From Pseudomonadota bacterium (GTDB lineage: Bacteria > Pseudomonadota > Gammaproteobacteria > Pseudomonadales > JAUIET01), in contig JBCCIP010000020.1 of assembly GCA_039111475.1 (NCBI GenBank), positions 6,593 to 70,592 on the forward strand: a stretch of 64,000 bases of DNA. The letters are read 5' to 3'. The position numbers were made by a program, and so were the translations under genes. Shown in pieces: positions 27,626-39,800 of this stretch. Under the pieces are notes generated by a model. It saw only the letters and a list, made by a program, of their open reading frames with translations. It searched no databases and was not told where the DNA came from. Every line of letters begins with the position of its first letter. Position 1 is the first letter of the stretch.

Positions 27626-28244
27626 ATTGCCCCTTAATCTCTGTCGGATTTTCTACTTTCACATATATGGCGTCTTTATCGAGACCTGTTTCCAGAAATT
27701 CATTACGCACATTCATTAGTCGGGCTATTGCTACTTTTCGACTAATCGTTTCAATTGGAGAGCGCTTGTTTTTACTCGCAGACATCACCAGCTCAAGATC
27801 TTCTGCGCCATGTTTACTGATGTTATTGGCAATAAAGTTCTTAACAATTTCCCTCGTTTCCTCAGTCAGCGTTATTGAATCCTTTCCGTAGAAAATGATC
27901 AGCGAGCTGCCATCTTGTTCAAAATCAACATCCTGTTCGCTGCCAGATTCTCTAAACTGCGCCTCTGTTTGACGAATCTCTTCCACCAAACCGGCCAATT
28001 GCGTCTTCAATGTGGAATTCTCTTCCTTCAAGCGATCAACGACTTGTTCGATAGGAATCTCGTCCACGTCTACTTCAACCACACCTTCTGCACTCACCTT
28101 GCTGGTGTAGGTGATAACGTGGAAGTAGAGCGCTGATGCGGTCACCAACACGAAGAACACAAACATAATCACAACAGCTGATAAAATATCTACAAACCCG
28201 GGCCAGGAATTCGCTGCTAGATCAGCCCCATCTTCTGAACTCAT
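27585..28244 (-). CDS. MotB/SiiA-like single-TM ion-channel subunit with periplasmic OmpA-like domain
   Basis: NSWPGFVDILSAVVIMFVFFVLV: a W-P-x-F-V-D TM motif carrying the candidate ion-binding Asp; short coiled coil; C-terminal RKVAIARLMNVRNEFLETG resembling a degenerate OmpA peptidoglycan-binding motif. Confidence 0.82.
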   Translation of the reverse strand: MSSEDGADLAANSWPGFVDILSAVVIMFVFFVLVTASALYFHVITYTSKVSAEGVVEVDVDEIPIEQVVDRLKEENSTLKTQLAGLVEEIRQTEAQFRESGSEQDVDFEQDGSSLIIFYGKDSITLTEETREIVKNFIANNISKHGAEDLELVMSASKNKRSPIETISRKVAIARLMNVRNEFLETGLDKDAIYVKVENPTEIKGQYDWAKLQFRKASK

Positions 28245-28250
28245 CGTTAT

Positions 28251-30053
28251 CTACGCCACGCCAGATTCTGAATCACTGTCTCGTCTGCCCAGGCCTGATT
28301 CATTGGTATCGTTACTTGACCGCCGCTCAAATGCTTGCGCTCGGACGTCAGCGATCTGGCCAGTAGCTTCCCGGCTTTGTACTGGGCTTCTTCCGACGAT
28401 CTTGATAAGCTGGTCCAAAGACGAACGTAATTGCGCTCTCTCTTGCACCCCTTCAAGCAGATTGACTTGCTGATCTGCGACGGTTTTCAGCTGATCAAAT
28501 ACCCTTTTTTCTACGCTCCGATTACTGTTCAAGCCTTCAACAATACTGTTGAGCAATAAAGACAACTCTTCAGATACCGGTTTTTCCCTAACCTCACCAA
28601 GCAGCTCTTCTAGGCGACCGTTCATCGCGCCAGCAGCATCGCGCACACGTGCATCAATTACCTGCAAAGCCTGTGCGACAGGCTCAATTGATTCGCGCAA
28701 TCGCTCATCGGTAAACTCATCATGCCCAGCCATCGCTGTGACGTTGTTATCGATCTGCTCGATCATTACGCCAAAGGTGTTATACGCTTGCTCGAAACGC
28801 TCTGGCATATCTTCACTAATGCCTTTAGCAACTTCGCCAATGCGCACCGCAACATGTTGATTGGACTCGTCTATCGTTACTAACGACGAGTTCATAGCGT
28901 CGAGTTTATCGGCAATGCGCTGACTACCGGCCAACAATTCCTTCGCATTCTCTTCACTAACAACCTTGCTGATTTGCGTATTCTGCTGCTGTATAGCTTG
29001 CAAGCTCCCATTAAGGCCGGCTAGCGTGTCCGCCATGGAAGCTTGTTGCACTAGCATTTCTTGGGTGTTTTTGGCGGTTAGTAAACTTGCCTCAGACGCT
29101 TCATTCATAACGCCCATAAGGTGACCCATCTTGCGCTGCGTAATTTGCGATGTTTGCACAAAGCCAACCAACCAGGCTTTTAGTTCATCAGAACCTGCTG
29201 CCTTAGGATTAGCCGCCCCTTTCTTCATCTTCTCACTGGGCGCAGGAATACGTTCGTCAATCCAGCGACTGGCGGTTTCTATGAACTTATCTTGAGAGGT
29301 GCCGCATAAATAGCTGAAAAAGCCTGTAAGTAGAGAACCGGACAACCCGAATAAAGACGAACTAAAAGCAACACCCATGCCTTTCAAAGGAGCCGCAATG
29401 CCCGCAATAAAGTCAGACATACCGTCTGAGCTATCACCTGTGATACTCGCCATACTACCCATGGCCTCACCAACAGCGTCAATGGTCAGCAGCAGGCCCC
29501 AGAACGTACCTAGCAAGCCCAACATAACCAACAAGCCAGATAAGAACGCCGTTCTTGAACGGGTCTTACCTACCCGGAATCCAAGTTTTGACTTGATCAG
29601 GCGAGCGTCTGTGTCAGTAACGTTCAGGTGACCATAGACCGTGAGATTTGTCAGCAAACCTGCCATGTTCTTGGTGTCGAGAACGCGCGCCGGACCCTTC
29701 AGAGTCGTCATTAACTCGGTGTGAAGATGCTCCGAACACTCACCTGTGCGGGCCGTTTCATCCAATTGATTCATGAAACGTGAGGTCTGCCACAGTCGGT
29801 ATTGGAACCATACAGCCATGGCCACAGCAACGACAAATATAAGTATGATGACGCTGTTGAGCACAACGTTTGTTTCAAAATTTACTCGAAGCTGATCAAT
29901 ATTTACGCCAATAATGGCCAGCACACTGACGATCGTTACTATTATTCCGGGCGTGATATACGCAAGAATATTTCCATCGACAGTGCCGCTGCATTTGTCT
30001 GGTTCAGCGGGAGGCGGCAGAAATTGAGCGAGCACACGCTTAAGCTTATTCAT
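28251..30053 (-). CDS. MotA/ExbB/SiiB-like ion-channel subunit with long C-terminal helical tail
   Basis: GLLVMLGLLGTFWGLL and PLKGMGVAFSSSLFGLSGSL (MotA/TolQ/ExbB TM motifs), then more than 300 aa of heptad-like tail. Start placed at MNKLK (AGGAAG upstream). Confidence 0.85.
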   Translation of the reverse strand: MNKLKRVLAQFLPPPAEPDKCSGTVDGNILAYITPGIIVTIVSVLAIIGVNIDQLRVNFETNVVLNSVIILIFVVAVAMAVWFQYRLWQTSRFMNQLDETARTGECSEHLHTELMTTLKGPARVLDTKNMAGLLTNLTVYGHLNVTDTDARLIKSKLGFRVGKTRSRTAFLSGLLVMLGLLGTFWGLLLTIDAVGEAMGSMASITGDSSDGMSDFIAGIAAPLKGMGVAFSSSLFGLSGSLLTGFFSYLCGTSQDKFIETASRWIDERIPAPSEKMKKGAANPKAAGSDELKAWLVGFVQTSQITQRKMGHLMGVMNEASEASLLTAKNTQEMLVQQASMADTLAGLNGSLQAIQQQNTQISKVVSEENAKELLAGSQRIADKLDAMNSSLVTIDESNQHVAVRIGEVAKGISEDMPERFEQAYNTFGVMIEQIDNNVTAMAGHDEFTDERLRESIEPVAQALQVIDARVRDAAGAMNGRLEELLGEVREKPVSEELSLLLNSIVEGLNSNRSVEKRVFDQLKTVADQQVNLLEGVQERAQLRSSLDQLIKIVGRSPVQSREATGQIADVRAQAFERRSSNDTNESGLGRRDSDSESGVA

Positions 30054-30233
30054 GAACCGCTTCCTGATGCACTGTTTCACTGGTACAAAGAATCATGTTG
30101 TCTTCTTTTTCGTATTTTTGTTTTTTTGTGACGACTGTCATAAGACTAGTAAATGATCCAGTCTTTATCTAATCAACTGAGCTATTTCGTTTTTTTTGTT
30201 TTTGTATTTCTGAACAAACTCTGGCCAGATTGA

Positions 30234-31592
30234 TCAAGACTCGCGCAAAGCCTGGCTTCTGATATTAATCAGAGGTTTTAACAAAGCTCTAAGTATCGAA
30301 ATTTGGCCAGTTAGAATGCTCACCTCAGCGGTCATGCCTGGTCGCACCTGCTGATCATCGCCCAGTCGATCGCTGTCCAATGCGACTCTGACTTTGAAGT
30401 GCTCCCTGTTCTGTTTGTCAACAAAGCTATCAGGGCTGATGTAAATCAACTCGCCATCGATGCCACCATAGATCGTGTAGTCATACGCGCTGATTTTGGT
30501 TAGTGCTGGTAGTTCTGGCCAGACTTTCCCGCGATCGGTTGTTGCTATTTGCCCTTCTACTACAAGTGTTTCATTCGCCGGAATAATCTCGGCTAAAGGA
30601 GCGCCTGGCTGACTCACGCCGCCAACCGTATGAATATGCAATTTGTTAACCGTGCCATCGATGGGTGAATTAATAGAAGAGCGTGTTACCTGATCTTGCA
30701 GAGCGGCTATTCGCTCGGTCAGAGTCTCTATCTGAAATCTTGCAGCATTAAGCTGCTCCGCCATTTCAGCGTGATGCTTCTGCTTGACCTCTTCCAATAG
30801 ACTCACGAGTTCAGTCTTTTCCGCCTCAATAATCGGAACCCTGTTTTTTGCACTTTCCAGCTGCGTGATGAGCTTTCGAGATTGGCTTTTATTATTCAGA
30901 TACAAAGTCTCCGAGATAGCCCCGGCATCAAGCAACTTCTTTCGAATAGCCAATTGCCGCTTGGACACGTTTAATTCCTGGCGAATGTTCTGCACCTGAG
31001 CTTGCAATGCATCCAGTTCGAATGCTTTCTGGTTTTGCCGTTCTTCAATGCCTTTTACAGTCTCCAGAAAAGACTGCCTGTTGGCGTCGAACAAAGACAT
31101 TTCCCGCCTGGCAAGATCCGAATTTTCTGCTACAAAAGACGCCGGTAATTCAAGTTGTTCAGCGCCGTTTTGCTCTGCTTCAATTCTTAGTTTTCGCGCC
31201 TTGAGCGCCTGAGCCTCAATCGCAGCTTCCTTAAGCTGCGTTTTTGCGCGCGTATTGGCAACAAGAAACAAGGTTTCACCAGCACTTACTTTTTGCCCTT
31301 CTTTGACCAGAATCGTTTCTACAATTCCCCCTTCGAGATGCTGCACAACACGGGCATTACCCGAGGGTATGATTCGCCCACTCGCAGTAACATGCTGATC
31401 TATTTCAGACAGGCCCGACCACAATAGGAACGCGGCAACCAGTGTCACTAATGCCAGCAACACCGGGCGATAGTTCCAGAAGTCATCCGCAATTTCAAAT
31501 GCATTACTGCGATCGGGGTTTGCCGCTCTAATTTCCTCTGCACGTTCAACAGCTGAAATAGCAGATTCCTTCATATCGTTTAACCAGCTCAT
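30234..31592 (-). CDS. HlyD family T1SS periplasmic adaptor
   Basis: TM helix; GRIIPSG..VVQHLEGGIV; SPIDGTV; GGVSQPG; SAYDYTIYGG; RPGMTAEV; LLKPL. Confidence 0.95.
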   Translation of the reverse strand: MSWLNDMKESAISAVERAEEIRAANPDRSNAFEIADDFWNYRPVLLALVTLVAAFLLWSGLSEIDQHVTASGRIIPSGNARVVQHLEGGIVETILVKEGQKVSAGETLFLVANTRAKTQLKEAAIEAQALKARKLRIEAEQNGAEQLELPASFVAENSDLARREMSLFDANRQSFLETVKGIEERQNQKAFELDALQAQVQNIRQELNVSKRQLAIRKKLLDAGAISETLYLNNKSQSRKLITQLESAKNRVPIIEAEKTELVSLLEEVKQKHHAEMAEQLNAARFQIETLTERIAALQDQVTRSSINSPIDGTVNKLHIHTVGGVSQPGAPLAEIIPANETLVVEGQIATTDRGKVWPELPALTKISAYDYTIYGGIDGELIYISPDSFVDKQNREHFKVRVALDSDRLGDDQQVRPGMTAEVSILTGQISILRALLKPLINIRSQALRES

Positions 31593-33724
31593 GCTTGCGC
31601 CCCCAACTTCTGCAACACGACCTCAGTCGGCCCATCTGCAATCATCTTCCCGTTATCCAGTAGGATCAGTCGATCCACCAGAGACAACAGCGATGTTCTA
31701 TGCGTTACCATAATTAAGGTGCGATTCTTTAAGTACTCCGCCATCTGCTGTTTAAATTGATTCTCGAGTACTGAATCCAGGCCGGTGGTTGGCTCGTCAA
31801 AGATCAGTACGCGGGGATTTCGCAGTATTGCGCGCGCAATAGAAATTGCCTGACGCTGCCCTCCAGATAACTGCGAGCCACCTTCACCCACCTCCGTTTC
31901 AAGGCCATGACCACAGTGCTTTATGATTTCTTCAACGCCGGAGATTCTGGCTGCGTACTTCAGCGCGGCTTCACTAACATCTGCTCTACCCATAAGGATA
32001 TTGTCGCGGATAGTGCCTGATACGAAGAACGGAAACTGCGGAACGACGGCTACCGTGCGACGTAATTCAGCAGGTGATATCGCTTTTAGCCCATAGTTTC
32101 CAAAATAGATATTGCCCTCAAAATCGTTTAAAAGACCTGTCATCACTGAAGCTAGGGTGCTCTTCCCAGCACCGGATGGCCCTATCAAACCAATCTTTTC
32201 GCCAGGTTTGATAATCATTGATATATCACGCAACGCGGGACGCATTTGCTGAGGATATTGATAGCGCACGTTCTCGAGTTGGATATCACCTTTCAGCGGT
32301 CCTTTGGGAGAGCGCTGGCAAGGTGCCTCGGTTTCGTTCGGCAACCTGAACAAAGCATCTATTGTTCTTAAAACATCCCTGCTTTGCTTCCAGCGACTGA
32401 CGACTCCGGCCAAATTCATTATCGGTGCAATAGCGCGTCCGGACAGAATGGTACACGCGATAAGTCCACCAATGGTCAGCTTGCCTGACTGGATCTGATA
32501 GACGCCTAAAACAACGATGAACACATGCACCATGTGCATAATGGTGACCGACAAATTCTGCACGGCTGAGAACAGAAACTGATTTTTTCGAGTGGTTTCG
32601 GCAGCACGCATCGACGCGTAATTCCACTTGAACAGACGGTCACCTACGGCATTAAACACCTTGAAATGCTGCATGCCCGCCAGTGACTCAATCATTAGTG
32701 TCGATTTTTTTTGCATAGATGAAAAATGATCTGCTGTACTGCGATTAATCGGTACTTGTATTGCCACATTGAAAACGATAATTGCGATCGCTCCTGTAAT
32801 CGGTACCAGTGTTAGTGGCGGCGATATCATGTATATGATCATCAGAAACAAGGCAAAAAACGGTAGGTCAACCAGTGTTGGTACAAAACGTGACGCGTAA
32901 AACTCTCTAATCCCTTGCAACTCTCGAAACAAATTGCTTCTCTCACCAACAGACAAGCGCATTTGTTCGGTATTCACCATCATCAACCGCTGCATCAAGG
33001 TGCCGTCAAAGCCGGTACCGACTTTTGCCGCTACGCGTTCAAGAATGTAGGAGCGCATTGTTTTTAGGAGGAAATCGAATAGCAATGCGATCGCCACACC
33101 AGTTGCCAATACGAACAATGTGGCTTCAGCAAAGTTTGGAATTACTGAGTCGTAGACGTTTAACGTAAACAGTGGCAGAGCAACTACGAACAAGTTGATA
33201 AACAGAGAGCAAAGCAAAACCTCACCGAAACTCGACAAGTGCTTAAACAGCGGCTGCCAGAACCAATCGATTGGCGGCTGCTCGCTCATGTGATCAGTCA
33301 CCGCAGCAACTTGTTCCTGATTGGGTCGTATACTCAGCGCTTTTCCAGAGTAGTTCTCACTCAAGCCTTTCAGATCGGCTCTTTGAAAACCAATGCCCGG
33401 AACGTACATTCTCCCTTCCTGACCTTCTCTGGGCAGGTACACTCCTGGACTGTCGTCGCTAGCCAGCAAGATGACTGGCGTTGGAGCGTTGGGGATATCA
33501 TCAAGCTCTAGAGAGTCAGTTCGTGTAGTAAATTGAAGCCTTTCGCCAAGGGCTTCCAAATCATCTAAAGAAAGCGGTCCCGGCTCACGAGAAAGCTGGA
33601 CCTTTAGCCCTTCAATATCTGCATTGATTCCAAAGAAGACCAGTACGATTTGCAGACACTTGGCTAAAGGATCTTCAACCTTTCGCGGTACATCATCATT
33701 ATTATCGACCAGTGTCAGCGCCAT
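31589..33724 (-). CDS. T1SS ABC transporter/permease with N-terminal C39-like domain
   Basis: PLFTLNVYDSVIPN; LVDLPF; Walker A GPSGAGKS; LSGGQRQ; Walker B LIFDEPT; VTHR. Confidence 0.95.
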   Translation of the reverse strand: MALTLVDNNDDVPRKVEDPLAKCLQIVLVFFGINADIEGLKVQLSREPGPLSLDDLEALGERLQFTTRTDSLELDDIPNAPTPVILLASDDSPGVYLPREGQEGRMYVPGIGFQRADLKGLSENYSGKALSIRPNQEQVAAVTDHMSEQPPIDWFWQPLFKHLSSFGEVLLCSLFINLFVVALPLFTLNVYDSVIPNFAEATLFVLATGVAIALLFDFLLKTMRSYILERVAAKVGTGFDGTLMQRLMMVNTEQMRLSVGERSNLFRELQGIREFYASRFVPTLVDLPFFALFLMIIYMISPPLTLVPITGAIAIIVFNVAIQVPINRSTADHFSSMQKKSTLMIESLAGMQHFKVFNAVGDRLFKWNYASMRAAETTRKNQFLFSAVQNLSVTIMHMVHVFIVVLGVYQIQSGKLTIGGLIACTILSGRAIAPIMNLAGVVSRWKQSRDVLRTIDALFRLPNETEAPCQRSPKGPLKGDIQLENVRYQYPQQMRPALRDISMIIKPGEKIGLIGPSGAGKSTLASVMTGLLNDFEGNIYFGNYGLKAISPAELRRTVAVVPQFPFFVSGTIRDNILMGRADVSEAALKYAARISGVEEIIKHCGHGLETEVGEGGSQLSGGQRQAISIARAILRNPRVLIFDEPTTGLDSVLENQFKQQMAEYLKNRTLIMVTHRTSLLSLVDRLILLDNGKMIADGPTEVVLQKLGAQA

Positions 33725-33794
33725 GAATTACTCTCGGGATTAACGCATTGTTATCCTTAAAGAGTAGACGACGAACGGCAGCTTCGCCGATTTT

Positions 33795-33823
33795 GTTAGA
33801 GCGGGCTAGCAGCGTGCTCTAAC
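33795..33823 (-). other. Hairpin between the giant gene and the ABC gene (mRNA stability element or weak terminator)
   Basis: GTTAGAGC...GCTCTAAC arms. No U-tract follows on the minus strand. Confidence 0.35.
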
Positions 33824-33853
33824 GCTTACTAAATGCACTAACAACTTTTGGAT

Positions 33854-36800
33854 CTATGTCATGTTGATGACCAATTGAACCCCATTGTCCCAGTCTATCG
33901 TACGAGTGTTGCCAACAGTGGAATCTCCACTCACTGTGGCACCACTCTGATCCAGAGCATTGAAGTCTGTTAAGTTCATAGTCCCAGAGTCGATGTCAAT
34001 TGTAAGGCTGTTACCGCTGCCTGTTATTGAACTGATTTCACTATTGCCTATGTCAAAAGTATCACCACCATTCACGCCAGTTCCACTGAAGTCCAGCTCT
34101 TCCACGTCGGTAAACAAGCTGGCGAGATCTACTCCATCGATACCAGCGTCGGTTAGATCATCGCCAGCCAGGCTGTCTGTAATGATCATACGGTCGGCGG
34201 CACCACCATTAGCGTCTACCGAATTCAGGCTGCCGATTGCATCCATGTCAAAGGTCAGTGTGTCGTTGTTTGCAGAAAGCGCAAAGTTCTCAAAGTTGTC
34301 AACAATCGCGGAGTTAGTACCAACATTGAGTGTGCCGCCTACGCCATCAACTGCACCTGCAGACAATACACCGCCGGTAATGGCACCTGCACTTGAATAG
34401 TCCAGCGTGTCATTGTTCAGGCCACCATCGAGAATGTCCAGCCCGCCACTGAAGTTGATGGTATCGTCACCTTGGCCGCCATCAATAATGTTATTGTTAC
34501 TGTCACCAGTGATGTCGTCATTGTTATCGCTACCGAACACATTTTCTATGTTGCTCAGGGTATCCTGACCACCGTCGCCGTCATTCAAGGCGCGATTGGA
34601 TGCCAGAGCGGCCGACAAGTCCACCACAATACCATTCGCTGCCAAGCTGTAATCGACCAAGTCGTTATCACCGCCTCCATCGATAACATCATTTCCGACA
34701 CCACCCATAATGGTGTCGGCGTTAGCGCCGCCATTGAGAGTGTCATTACCGCCGTTTCCGATGAGGGTATCTTGGCCATTGCCACCGACAAGCTGGTTGC
34801 CGCCAGCATCACCCGTGATGTTGTCGTTACCGTTTGATCCAGTGACATGATCAATATCGCTGAATGTGTCGCTGGCTCCGTCACCATCATTTGTGGTTAC
34901 ACCTGAGACCATGTTGACCGTCACGCCGCTGGCAGCCCCAGAGTAGCTAATGGTGTCGTCACCACCGCCGCCTTGCAGGTCATCTACACCACCTCGACCA
35001 GCCAGAACATCATTACCCAGCCCACCATTAATAGTGTTAGCGTTGTTATCGCCACTCAATGTATCCGCATTTGCAGAGCCTGTCAGATTCTGTATGTTGG
35101 AGAAAGTATCTGTGGATAAATCACCGTCATTGCTGGCCCCACCTGCGAGGAGGTCGGCGGTTACTGAACCAGCTGCATTCACATAGGTGACTGTATTAGT
35201 ACCTGCACCACCGTTCAACGTATCAAGACCACCACGGCCGGCCAACGTATCATTACCATTGCCGCCATCAATTGTGTTGTTATTGCTGTCGCCAGTGATG
35301 TTATCGTTGTTGGCGCTGCCGGTTACATTTTCAATATTGTTCAGCGTATCACTGCCGCCATCACCGTCATTGCTGGCGCTATTGGACGACAGATTTACGG
35401 TAACTCCGAAAGCCGCGCCCGCATAGGTAATTGTATCTGTATCCGCTCCGCCATCGATAATGTCATTGCCAACGCCACCCGAGATAAGATCATTGCCCGC
35501 CAGTCCATCGATCGTGTCAATCCCATCATTGCCGATGAGAATATTCCCCCCGGTATTTCCAGTCAGCGTGTCAGCAAAATTGGAACCCGACAAGAACTCG
35601 AAGTTACTGATCGTGTCGCTGAAGCCGAAGCCATCATCCAACACTGTATTGGTGTCCAGATTTACATCCACTCCGCCAACGGCTGCCGAATAGTCCAACG
35701 TATCAAGATTGTTGCCACCATCCAGTGTATCAGCACCAGACCCGCCGGAGATGGTATCCGCCCCATCACCGCCAAGCAGCGTATTCTGCTGGGCATCACC
35801 ATCCAGCGTATCGTCACCACTTGTGCCCGTTATGCTTTCGATGTTGCGTACCGTGTCATCAGTACCACCATTGACGGAAACAAACACTGAGCTGCTGCCA
35901 TTCAAGCTCACCGAGATTGATGACACACCGGCAAGACCGGAGTAATCCAGGCTGTCAGCATCAGCACCACCATCGTAGTTGTCTGCACCGGCACTGGCGG
36001 TGATGCTGTCAGCACCACTCCCAGTGTTTATAACGTTGCTGGCACCACTACCGCTGACGATGTCGGCACTGGCGGAACCAATGAAGTTCTCAATCGACAA
36101 CAGAGTATCACTGCCACCATCACCGTCATCGCTGACTACCCCACTGCCGAGGTTCACAGTGACACCACCTGCCGCTGTAGAGTAATCTATCGTGTCTGTA
36201 TCTTCGCCACCATCAAGAACGTCATTACCGACGCGGCCGGACAAAGTGTCATTGCCCTGACCACCGATCAATGTGTTGTTTGTACCGTCGCCGTGTATGG
36301 TGTCGTCGCCGTTAGTACCAATTACATTTTCAATGCTTTGTATGCTGTCGTTCGAGTCACCCGATATTGTGACCGTGGATACAGATGTTCCGTTCAGCGT
36401 GACTGAGATGGCACCAGCACTGGGGTGCAGGCTGTAATCCAGAGTGTCATTGTCTGCACCGCCATCAATTGTGTCTGCGCCACTGCCGCCAAAGAAAACG
36501 TCCGCACCAGACCCGCCGCTCACGTTATCGCCACCAGCTCCACCATCAATAGTGTCAGCGCCGCCGCCGCCCACAATAATGTCCGCGCTACCCAGACCTG
36601 ACAGCGTGTTATCGTTAGCATCCCCGGTGATAGTATCTGCGCCATTGGTACCAACAATATTTTCCACATCGCTGAGCGTGTCGTTGTCTCCACCGTCCAC
36701 TGTCACCGTAGTGCTTGCCGCGCCATTCAGCGTAACATTGATGAAATTAGCGCCTACTAATCCGGAATAATCAACCGTGTCACTGTCAGAGCCGCCTTCG

Positions 36801-39800
36801 ATTGTATCGGTACCGGCACCGGCAATAAACAGATCATCATCGTCGCCACCGAACAGAATATCATCGCCAGCACCGCCATCAATAACGTCGTTACCACTGT
36901 GGCCATCCAAAATATTCGCCAACGAATCCCCGGTTAAGCTGTCGTCACTGCCGCTACCAGTAATGTTCTCAAAATTGCGAATTGAGTCATTGTCCCCCCC
37001 ACTGACGCTAACGATTATGGCGTTTGCGCCATTCAAGGTTGCGCTGATGCCTGTTATGCCTCCCAGATTAGAGTAGTCAATGGTGTCGCCGCCAAGACCA
37101 GCATCCAACACATCATTGCCAGCACTGGCTTCAAACACATCGTCGCCGTCCAAACTTTCAACAACGTCCGCGTCACTGGAACCGCGCACAATGTCGTCAA
37201 AATCTGTCAGTAAATATTGTTCGAAATTACTAAAGAAATCGGTAAAGCCAAAAAATTGAGTGACGAACCCGGCACCCAAATTTATATCGATACCATTGCC
37301 CGTAATATTCTGATAGTCGAGCACATCACCAGTTCCAGAACCACCATCCAGGGTATCATTGGACGTACTCCCAAGGATTAGATCATCGCCGGCGCCACCT
37401 TGCAGATTGTTGCTGGCCGTATCGCCGCCGATCGTATCGTTGCCCTGTGAACCAATAATATTCTCGAAACTGTTAGCAGTATGGTTATCCCCACCATTGA
37501 CCGTAACGGTGACATTACTGCCACCATTAAGCGTGACATCGATAAAATTTCCTGCAGTAAATCCGGAGTAATCGAGAGTGTCAGTGCCGCTGCTGCCAAT
37601 GTAGGTGTCCAGACCGGTGCCGGCAATGATGGTATCGTTTCCAGTGCCACCGTTGAGCACATTGGCTAGACTATTACCTTCTATGCTGTCAGCGCCATCC
37701 GAGCCCTGGACGTTTTCTATATTGCGAATAGTGTCGTTGGTCTGGCCGTTCACAACAATCGTCGTGTCACCTGACTCATTCAAGTTCACCGTGATCCCGG
37801 CGCCGGTATTGTTGTAGCGAATGGTATCGGTATCGGCTCCGCCATCAAATACGCTGCCACCGCCGCGTGATTCAAAGGTATCCGCGCCAGCATTGCCTTC
37901 AAAGGTGTTGTTGTACACGCCCCAGTTACCCAGGAAGTCGTTGCCGTCATCACCCGTACCGGTATTCCCGCTGGAGTAAGCCCACAATGTATCGTTTTCG
38001 GTACCGAGCGTAACATCAGCACCACCGCCATACGCACGAACAATATCGTTCCCGCTACCGGCGTCCACTATCGCGTCGGTACCAAACAAATCGACATCGT
38101 CAGCCCCGTCTCCAGCATTGACCGTCGCGTCGTTGGAATTCAGGTCCACAACGTCGTTACCGCCTAATGTTTCCAACAGAATCACATTGGCATCAGTTTG
38201 AACCGTGTCAGCACCGGTAGTGGTACGCAGAATCTCTATACTGTCGGCTCGATCGCCTTCAGCGCCACCGCCAATATCCAACGTGAACAAGCCACCGGCA
38301 ACAGCGGTCATGTCGACGCTCAAGCCGGAACTCAGGTCGCTGTAATCCAGCGTGTCGTTACCACCACCGCCGTAAATCTCGTCATCACCACCGGCAGCGA
38401 AGAACGTATCATCACCACCTTGGCCATAGAAGAAATTTTGCTGGCTGTGGCCGCGAATAATATCGTTGCCTTCGGTAGCAAACACGCGTTCTATATTGAC
38501 GATGGTGTCGTTGTCACCGCCATCAACCGCCACGGTCGAAACGCTGCCACCATTCAGATCAATATCGATAAAATTGATACCGGACTCGAAGCGATAATCG
38601 ACCGCATCGCGCGTTCCGCTGCCGCCGTCCATGGTGTCAACACCGGCACCGCCGCGAAGCGTATCCCAGTTGCTGGAGCCGCCTTCCAGAGTATCATCCC
38701 CAGCGCCGCCTTCCAGTACGTCATTGCCTGATTCTCCCTGCAGTAGATCATTACCATCGCCGCCGCGCAGGGTATCCGAACCAAGATCACCCCGCAGGGT
38801 GTTGTCCTGAGCGTCGCCGGTAATGTCGTCATTGCCCTGGCTGCCAATAATATCGCGAATGTTGGATGCGGTGTCGGTCTCGGAGCCACCAACATTCACG
38901 GTAAAAGCACCGCCGGTCAACGCGCTCATATCGGTTACTACGCGATCGACGCGGTCGTTGTATTCCAGGGTATTGATGCCGGCACCACCGTCGAACACGT
39001 CATCGCCGCCTTCACCACGCAAGATATCGTCACCAGCACCCGCAGTGAAGCTATTGGCATTGCCGTCGCCACGAATAACATCATTGCCTGCGGTACCGAC
39101 AATGTTCTCAATATTACGGACCAGGTCATTGTCACTGCCGTTGACCGTGACCGTGGTTTGTATGCCGGAATTAAGATTGACGGAAATCGAGGTCACACCG
39201 GCCTGCAGAGAATAATCCAATGTATCGGAGCCGTTATCGCCTTCGATAACATCTACGCCTGCACTGGAGAAGAAATAATCGCTGCCATCTCCCCCATCAA
39301 GGTCGTTAGCTTCAACGCCACCGGTGATGATGTCGTCGAAATCCGAACCGATGATGTTCTCAATGCTGGTTAAAGTGTCACTCGCGCCGTCACCGTCGTC
39401 GGTTGCGGCGTCAGCTGACAAATCAACCACAATGCCGGCTGCTGCCTCTTCGTAATTGGCTGTATCCGTATCGTCGCCACCATCCAGAATATCAACACCC
39501 GCTCCACCAGACAGTTCATCATCGCCACCTAGAGTGGTAATAACGTTGGCGCTGTCGTCACCATGCACGGTGTCGTTGCCGGCGGTTGCGATAACATTCT
39601 CGATATTGAGGACAATGTCGTTGTTCGCACCATCAACGGTGACGCTGGCCGAGCCGGAGCCGTCCAGGGCGACATTGATAAAGTTAATTCCTGCCTGCGC
39701 AGAATAATCGACGGTGTCGGTGTCCGCACCCCCGTCAAAGCGGTTGGTACCGGCGCTGCCTAGGAACAGGTCGTCGCCGGCCTCACCCCATAAACGGTTG

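Noticed and set aside
27585-30053. Zorya anti-phage system (ZorA/ZorB)
   Set aside because: The motor pair is ZorAB-like in architecture, but no ZorC/D/E, helicase or nuclease gene is nearby, and the pair sits between HlyD and TolC, which fits SiiAB better.
27585-30053. Flagellar stator motAB or a Ton/Tol exbBD pair
   Set aside because: No flagellar, tonB or tolA genes are adjacent; the long tail and the WPGFVD motif differ from canonical MotB/ExbD.
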